A stretch of 64,000 bases of DNA. Origin: Hydrogenophaga sp. (GTDB lineage: Bacteria; Pseudomonadota; Gammaproteobacteria; Burkholderiales; Burkholderiaceae_C). The notes below the pieces were generated by a model. The model had not been told where the DNA came from. It made no database searches and saw nothing but the letters and a program-made list of their open reading frames with translations. Both the position numbers and the translations under genes were made by a program. Below are positions 58,258-64,000 of this stretch, in pieces; position 1 is the first letter of the stretch, and each line of letters begins with the position of its first letter. The stretch covers positions 6,549-70,548 of the forward strand of contig NZ_JBFWNX010000019.1 in assembly GCF_050250835.1 (NCBI RefSeq), written 5' to 3'.

Positions 58258-59022
58258 TCAACCGCCCACCCGCCGACCGGTGCTGGCATTCAGGTCGCGG
58301 TAGGCGTGCCAGCTCGCGTGTCCGACGAGCGGTATGGCAACCACCAGCCCCAGGAGCGCGGTGAGCATGCCCAGGCCAATCAGGGCCACGATGACCACCG
58401 CCCACAAAGCCGTGGGTCCAGGGTGACTGGCCACGGCACGCCAGCTCTGCGCCACGGCATTGCCCACGGGCATTGCCGTGTCCACCAGCAGGGGCAGGGC
58501 CACCACGGTAGAGGCGTACACCGGCGCCGCCAGCAGGGCGCCGAGCAGCAGCCAGGCCTCGAACAGGCCCAGCCGGGGCTCCAGCACCACATGGCGCAGA
58601 AAATCCAGCGGCTTCTGAATGGGCACGGGCGACCACAGGGTGATGAGCCCGGCCGAGGTGAGCACCCAGCCGGTGCCGGCCAGTCCCAGCAGCAGGCCGA
58701 AACGGACCAGCCGGCCATCGCCCGAGCGCCACAGCGCCAGCACCTCGGCCAGCCCCACGTGCCTGCCGCTCTGGCGGGCCTGGCTCACGGTGTACAGACC
58801 CGTGGCCAGGATGGGGGCGACGATCAGGAAACCCGAAAACGCGCCAGCCAGCAGCCAGAACCGATCGCGGGCAGCCGAGAGCAGCAGGCCGCCGAAGGCG
58901 GTGAGCAGCAGCCCGTGTACCAGGCCAGGCACCGGGTTGTATCGAAGGTCGGCCCAGCCGAGGGTGAGCCAGCGCAAGGGCGATCTCAATGTGACGGCTT
59001 GTGGCGGGCTCATGGGGGCCAT
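58258..59022 (-). CDS. DUF2189 membrane protein
   Basis: WL.LGW.DL, GF.IVAP.LA.GLY..S, P.VGHASWHAYRDL. Confidence 0.85.
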   Translation of the reverse strand: MAPMSPPQAVTLRSPLRWLTLGWADLRYNPVPGLVHGLLLTAFGGLLLSAARDRFWLLAGAFSGFLIVAPILATGLYTVSQARQSGRHVGLAEVLALWRSGDGRLVRFGLLLGLAGTGWVLTSAGLITLWSPVPIQKPLDFLRHVVLEPRLGLFEAWLLLGALLAAPVYASTVVALPLLVDTAMPVGNAVAQSWRAVASHPGPTALWAVVIVALIGLGMLTALLGLVVAIPLVGHASWHAYRDLNASTGRRVGG

Positions 59023-59078
59023 TTATAGATCAGCCCCCGGGCCGCATGGCTGACCCAGATCAAACGAAAAAGAGTCGG

Positions 59079-60686
59079 TCAGGCCGCCGCCTGCACCAGC
59101 GTTTGCGTGTAGGGGTGCACCGGGTGGTGAAGCACCTGCATCACGCCACCGCTCTCCACCACCGCCCCATCCTTCATCACCACCACCTGATGGGCCATGG
59201 CGCGGATCACTTCGACGTCGTGCGTGATCAGCAGGTAGCTCAGGCCCCGCTCGCGCTGGAGGCGTTGCAACAGCGCCAGCACCTGCTTCTGCACCGTGAC
59301 GTCCAGCGCGCTGGTGGGCTCGTCGAGCACCAGCAGACGCGGTTCGACGATGAGCGCGCGGGCAATCGCCAGGCGCTGGCGCTGCCCACCCGAGAACTCG
59401 TGTGGATAGCGCTGCAACCAGTCGCCACCTCGGGCGGGATCGTCCACCAGCCCCACCTCAGCCAACGCGCGCACCACCCGGTCGCGTCGCTCGGCCACCG
59501 AAAGGCCGGGCTGGTGCACCAGCAGACCTTCACCAACGATCTGTTCGATGGTCATGCGCGGAGAGAGCGAGGAAAACGGGTCCTGAAACACCACCTGGAT
59601 GCGCTGACGCAGCGCGCGCGTCTGGCCGTTTTGCTTCGCCTGCTGCCAGTCGGCACCGGTCACGCTCAGTTTGCCCTGATGCGGCAACAGACCCAGAGCG
59701 GCCAGCGCCAAAGTGGATTTGCCCGAGCCGGACTCGCCGATCACCCCCAGCGTCTGTCCAGGCGGGATGTCCAGATCGGCACCCTGCACGGCCACAAACT
59801 CGCCTTTCCTGAACCAGCCACGCAGGCCAGGCAAGGGCACCGGATAGATCACACGCAGCCCGCGCGCCCGCAGCACCACTTCGCCACCGGTTGCCGGCGC
59901 TGTCTCGACCACTTGGCGCTCGGGCTTGCTGGCCAGCAGCATTCGGGTGTAGCGGTGCCGGGGCGCATCGAACACCTCGGACACCGCGCCCTGCTCCACC
60001 AGATGCCCGTGCTCCATCACCGCCACGCGGTCGGCAAAGCGGCGCACCAGGTTCAGGTCGTGTGTGATCAGGAGCACGGCCATGCCGTGCTGGCGCTGGA
60101 GATCGGCCAGCAGCTCCAGAATCTGCCCGCGCAGGCTCACGTCCAGCGCGGTGGTGGGCTCGTCGGCCAGCAGCAGCTTGGGCGCGCTGGCCAGCGCCAT
60201 CGCAATCATGGCGCGCTGGCGCTGGCCACCGCTGAGCTGGTGCGGGAAGGCACCGGCCCGGCGCGCGGGCTCCGGGATGCCGGTGGACGCGAGCAGCTCG
60301 AGGGTGGCCGCCAGGGCCTGGCGCGGCGTGAGGCCTTTCTTGAGCTGGAGCACCTCGGCAATCTGGTCGCCCACGGTGTAGAGCGGATTGAGCGCGCTCA
60401 TGGGCTCCTGGAAGATGATGGCCACGTCGTCGCCACGCACACCGCGCAACTGGTGCTCGGTCATGGCCAGCAGGTCGCGCCCATTCAGCAGGGCCGAGCC
60501 GGCCACGTCGGCGTTGTGCACCAGGCGCAGCAAGGAAAGCGCGGACACGGTCTTGCCCGAACCGGATTCGCCGACCAACGCCAGCTTTTCGCCGGCCTTG
60601 ATGGAAAAGTCGATGCCATGAACGACTTCCTGGCCGCCGAATGAGACCCTCAGATTTTTCACATCCAGCAGGACCTGGTCTTTCAT
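59079..60686 (-). CDS. yejF: Peptide ABC transporter dual ATPase (YejF-like)
   Basis: Two Walker A motifs GESGSGK, two LSGGQ/FSGGQ. Confidence 0.88.
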   Translation of the reverse strand: MKDQVLLDVKNLRVSFGGQEVVHGIDFSIKAGEKLALVGESGSGKTVSALSLLRLVHNADVAGSALLNGRDLLAMTEHQLRGVRGDDVAIIFQEPMSALNPLYTVGDQIAEVLQLKKGLTPRQALAATLELLASTGIPEPARRAGAFPHQLSGGQRQRAMIAMALASAPKLLLADEPTTALDVSLRGQILELLADLQRQHGMAVLLITHDLNLVRRFADRVAVMEHGHLVEQGAVSEVFDAPRHRYTRMLLASKPERQVVETAPATGGEVVLRARGLRVIYPVPLPGLRGWFRKGEFVAVQGADLDIPPGQTLGVIGESGSGKSTLALAALGLLPHQGKLSVTGADWQQAKQNGQTRALRQRIQVVFQDPFSSLSPRMTIEQIVGEGLLVHQPGLSVAERRDRVVRALAEVGLVDDPARGGDWLQRYPHEFSGGQRQRLAIARALIVEPRLLVLDEPTSALDVTVQKQVLALLQRLQRERGLSYLLITHDVEVIRAMAHQVVVMKDGAVVESGGVMQVLHHPVHPYTQTLVQAAA

Positions 60687-61735
60687 TGGTCGGCTTTCCT
60701 GGGGTCCAGCGCGTCCCGCAGCGCATCGCCCATGAAGGTGAGCAGCAGCAGCGTCATCACCAGCACGGCAAAGGTGGACAGGGATATCCACCACGCATCA
60801 ATGTTGTTTTTGCCCTGGCTGAGGAGCTCGCCCAGCGAGGGGGTGCCCGGCGGCACACCCAGGCCAAGGAAATCGAGCGATGTCAGGGCCAGGATGGCCG
60901 CGCTCATGCGAAACGGCAGGAAGGTGACCACCGGGGTGAGGCTGTTGGGCAGCACGTGGCGCCAGATGATCTGCCAGTTCGACAAACCCAGCGCACGCGC
61001 CGCGCGCACGTAGTCAAGCTGGCGGTTGCGCAGAAACTCGGCGCGCACGTAGTCCGACAAACCCATCCAGCCGAACAGGCTGAGCAGGATCAACAGCAGG
61101 CTGATGCTCGGCGCAAACACTGCAGAGAAGATGATGAGCAGGTAGAGCTCGGGCATGGAGCCCCAGATCTCGATGAAGCGCTGGAAAGCCAGGTCGGTCT
61201 TGCCGCCGAAAAATCCCTGTATGGCGCCGGTGATCACGCCCAGCACCACACCGATGAACGTGAGCGCCAGTGCAAACAGCACACTTACCCGGAAACCATA
61301 GATGAGCTGGGCGAGCAAGTCGCGGCCCCGATCGTCGGTTCCCAACAGGTTGTCGCGCGTGGGCGGCGAAGGGTTGGGCAGCCTGGCGAAATAGTTCAGC
61401 GTCTGCGGGCCATAGGGGTTGGGCGCGTAGATCGCCCAATTGCCATCTTTGGAGAGCTGCTCACGAATGAAGGGATCGAGGTAGTCCGTGGGCGTATCGA
61501 AGTCGCCACCGAACACCGTTTCGGCATAGTCGTTCACGATCGGGAAGTAGGTCTTGCTTTCGTACCGCACGACCAGCGGTCGATCGTTGGACAGCACCTC
61601 GGCCAGCAAGCTGCCCACCACGAGCACGCAGAAGACGATCAGGCTCCAGTAGCCCACGCGGTTGCGCCGAAAGCGACGCCAGGCGCGTGCGCTGGGTGAC
61701 GAAGCGAGGACGGTGGCTTCAGTCGAACTTGACAC
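60683..61735 (-). CDS. yejE: Peptide ABC permease (YejE-like; GTG start inferred)
   Basis: LLGTDDRGRD, VRAEFLR, SLDFLG.G.P. Confidence 0.88.
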   Translation of the reverse strand: MSSSTEATVLASSPSARAWRRFRRNRVGYWSLIVFCVLVVGSLLAEVLSNDRPLVVRYESKTYFPIVNDYAETVFGGDFDTPTDYLDPFIREQLSKDGNWAIYAPNPYGPQTLNYFARLPNPSPPTRDNLLGTDDRGRDLLAQLIYGFRVSVLFALALTFIGVVLGVITGAIQGFFGGKTDLAFQRFIEIWGSMPELYLLIIFSAVFAPSISLLLILLSLFGWMGLSDYVRAEFLRNRQLDYVRAARALGLSNWQIIWRHVLPNSLTPVVTFLPFRMSAAILALTSLDFLGLGVPPGTPSLGELLSQGKNNIDAWWISLSTFAVLVMTLLLLTFMGDALRDALDPRKADQ

Positions 61736-62747
61736 GCGGATCCACCCACACATAGCAGAGATCGGAAATCAGCTTGGTCACCAGGCCGATCAGCGTGAAA
61801 AAGAACAGGGTGCCCAGCACCACCGGGTAGTCGCGTCGAATCACGCTCTCGTAGCTCAGCAGGCCCAGGCCGTCGAGAGAGAACAGCGTCTCGATCAGCA
61901 GCGACCCGGCAAAGAACGCCCCAATGAAGGCGGACGGGAACCCTGTCACGATGGGAATCAGCGCGTTGCGGAAGATGTGCTTCCAGAGCACCTGACGTTC
62001 TGACAATCCCTTGGCGCGTGCGGTCATCACATATTGCTTGCGAATCTCTTCCAGGAAGGCGTTCTTGGTGAGCATGGCGGTCACGGCAAAACTGCCCAGC
62101 ACCATGGCCGTGACGGGCAGCGTGATGTGCCAGAGGTAGTCGACGATGCGAGCGCCCCAACTCAATTCCTCCCAGTTGGACGATGTGAGTCCGCGCAGCG
62201 GGAACCACTGCAGTTGCCCGCCAAAGATGACGAGCAGGGCCACCCCGAGCACGAAGCCCGGGATGGCGTAGCCAATGAGCACGAGCAAAGTGGTCACCAG
62301 ATCGAAACGGGAACCTGCCCGCACGGCCTTGGCCACGCCCAGCGGTACGGCCACGCCATAGCTGATGAGGAACGTCCACAGACCCAGGGTGATGGAAACC
62401 GGCAGTTTTTCCATGATCAACTCGGACACCGCCTTGTTCTGGAAGAAGCTGGTGCCCAGATCGAAGCGGGCGAACTGCCCGAGCATCTGGACGAAGCGCT
62501 CATGCGCGGGTTTGTCAAAGCCGTAGAGCGCCTTGATCTGTTCGATGCGCTTGGGGTCTACCCCCTGCGCGCCGCGGTAGACCGAGCCGCCTTCGGCACC
62601 CGCACCACCGGCCCCTGCCCGCGCCTCGGCCAGGTATTGATCGACAGGCCCCCCTGGCACGAACTGGATCACCACGAAGGTCAACAACAAGACCCCGAAC
62701 AGCGTTGGGATCATGAGCAGCAGGCGCTTGAGGATGTAGACCCACAT
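61719..62747 (-). CDS. yejB: Peptide ABC permease (YejB-like)
   Basis: KRLLLMIPTL, YGFDKP, FAGSLLIE.LFSLDGLG. Confidence 0.9.
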   Translation of the reverse strand: MWVYILKRLLLMIPTLFGVLLLTFVVIQFVPGGPVDQYLAEARAGAGGAGAEGGSVYRGAQGVDPKRIEQIKALYGFDKPAHERFVQMLGQFARFDLGTSFFQNKAVSELIMEKLPVSITLGLWTFLISYGVAVPLGVAKAVRAGSRFDLVTTLLVLIGYAIPGFVLGVALLVIFGGQLQWFPLRGLTSSNWEELSWGARIVDYLWHITLPVTAMVLGSFAVTAMLTKNAFLEEIRKQYVMTARAKGLSERQVLWKHIFRNALIPIVTGFPSAFIGAFFAGSLLIETLFSLDGLGLLSYESVIRRDYPVVLGTLFFFTLIGLVTKLISDLCYVWVDPRVKFD

Positions 62748-62750
62748 GGT

Positions 62751-64000
62751 TCAGGGTGCCTTCTGGTCGGGGGTTCGAGCCCACCACGTGTCCACCGCCC
62801 AGGTTTCTCCTGCGGCGAAAGGCGGCATTTCTTTGGGGCGACCCAGGCGCCAGGCGTTGTAGGCCATGCGGTGCGTGGTCGCGGTCCATTGCGGAATGAG
62901 GTAGTGGCTGTGGCTGATGACGCGATCGAGCGCTCGGCAGGCGGCCAGAAAAGCAGGTTGCGTGCGAGCGGCGGTCATGCTTGTGATGATGGCATCGACC
63001 GCCGGGCTGGCCACGCCGGCGAAGTTGCCCGAATCTTCTGTCCTGGCGGCCTGGCTGCCGAACAGATCCGCGTACTCGGAGCCCGGGTTGCTGGTGCCCT
63101 GAAAGTTGATGGAGATGATGTCGAAATCGAAGCTGCGCAGACGCTGCTGGTAGAGCGCAAAGTCCACCGGACGAAAACGCAGTTCGACGCCGAGTTTCTT
63201 CAGGTTGCGCATCCAGGGCGACACCACACGAGCACCGGTTTCATTGCTGTCGAGGAACTCGAGCACCATCGGCTTGCCTTGCGCATTGAAGAGCTGGCCG
63301 CCCTGCACTGTCCAGCCGGCCTCGCGCAACATCGCTTGCGCGCGGCGCAGATTGGCGCGCAGGGAATTCTCGCCATCGGTGCGGGGTGGCCGGTACATCG
63401 GCCCGAACACGGCGGACGGCAGCTGTTTGCGCCAGGGTTCCAGCAGTGCCAGTTCTTCGGGCGCCGGTGCGCCCTGCGGCGCGCAATCGGTGTTGCCAAA
63501 CAGGCCCTGCACGCGCTGGTAGGCGTTGTAGAACATCTGCCGGTTCATCCATTCGTAGTCCATCGCCAGGCCCAAAGCCTCGCGCACTCGAATGTCGTCC
63601 AGCGGCGGGCGGCGCGTGTTGAGCACGTAGCTCTGGAAGCCCATCGGCAGGCGGTGTGTGAACTCACCCCTGACCAGTTCTCCGGTGTCGAAACGCTTGC
63701 CATTGACACGCCGCGCCCAGTCGCCTGCTGAGAAAAAACGCATCAGGTCGAATTCACCGGCCTTGAGCGCTTCAAGTCGCGCTGTGTTGTCCTTGTAGAT
63801 CTTGACGGTGATGCGATCAAAGTTGGCCGTGCCGCGCCGCACCGGCAGATCGCGCGCCCAGTAAGCAGGGTCGCGCACATAGGTGATGTCTTTGCCGAAC
63901 TGGACCGGACCAATCTTGTACGGCCCGCTGCCGATGGGAATGTCCATCACCACCTGGTCAAAAGTCTTGCGCTGCCCGGTTTTGGGATCCATCGCATTGC
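62751..64000 (-). CDS. yejA: Peptide ABC substrate-binding protein (YejA-like), 5' end outside window
   Basis: PIGSGPY, YWARDLPV..G..NFD, VREAL.LAMD. Confidence 0.88.
   Translation of the reverse strand, partial: NAMDPKTGQRKTFDQVVMDIPIGSGPYKIGPVQFGKDITYVRDPAYWARDLPVRRGTANFDRITVKIYKDNTARLEALKAGEFDLMRFFSAGDWARRVNGKRFDTGELVRGEFTHRLPMGFQSYVLNTRRPPLDDIRVREALGLAMDYEWMNRQMFYNAYQRVQGLFGNTDCAPQGAPAPEELALLEPWRKQLPSAVFGPMYRPPRTDGENSLRANLRRAQAMLREAGWTVQGGQLFNAQGKPMVLEFLDSNETGARVVSPWMRNLKKLGVELRFRPVDFALYQQRLRSFDFDIISINFQGTSNPGSEYADLFGSQAARTEDSGNFAGVASPAVDAIITSMTAARTQPAFLAACRALDRVISHSHYLIPQWTATTHRMAYNAWRLGRPKEMPPFAAGETWAVDTWWARTPDQKAP

Noticed and set aside
1-64000. CRISPR arrays, tRNA/rRNA genes, IS elements, conjugation genes
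   Set aside because: None recognised in the window

Overview
High-GC betaproteobacterial (Comamonadaceae-like) chromosome segment in two parts. Part 1 (about 1-38.9 kb) is the right end of a genomic island inserted at the 3' end of guaA. It has an intact P4-type tyrosine integrase, a GAGTGGGA core and repeat arrays in the att arm; its left end is outside the window. The cargo is a metal/thiol/chalcogen-stress toolkit: a YeeE transporter, a Cys-rich secreted peptide with a His-rich partner, Trx-CcdA-lipoprotein, BdhA-patatin, two AhpD/CMD proteins, two ECF sigma/zinc anti-sigma pairs, a bufferin (DUF2282/DUF692/DUF2063/DoxX) RiPP cluster, a mer operon lacking merA, cusCBA followed directly by a FAD-oxidoreductase-SelD fusion, a TVP38-flavoreductase/tandem-DEP/TIGR04283/TIGR04282 operon, and a convergent kinase-ynjBCD-CDP-alcohol phosphotransferase operon. 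Part 2 (38.9-64 kb) is core genome: guaA, guaB, rnfH, ratA, smpB, an ECF module, typA, truB-rbfA-infB-nusA-rimP and a yejABEF-like ABC transporter. The main discovery by eye is nine exact intergenic copies of an ECF promoter, TGTAA(G/T)-N17-CGAC(T/C), upstream of island operons. They fall into two covarying variants, and each variant also precedes one of the two ECF sigma operons. This suggests a two-sigma regulon linking the bufferin RiPP, a new Cys-rich peptide system and an orphan selenium-associated kinase/nucleotidyltransferase/phosphotransferase pathway. All family assignments are from motif recognition; no database searches were run.
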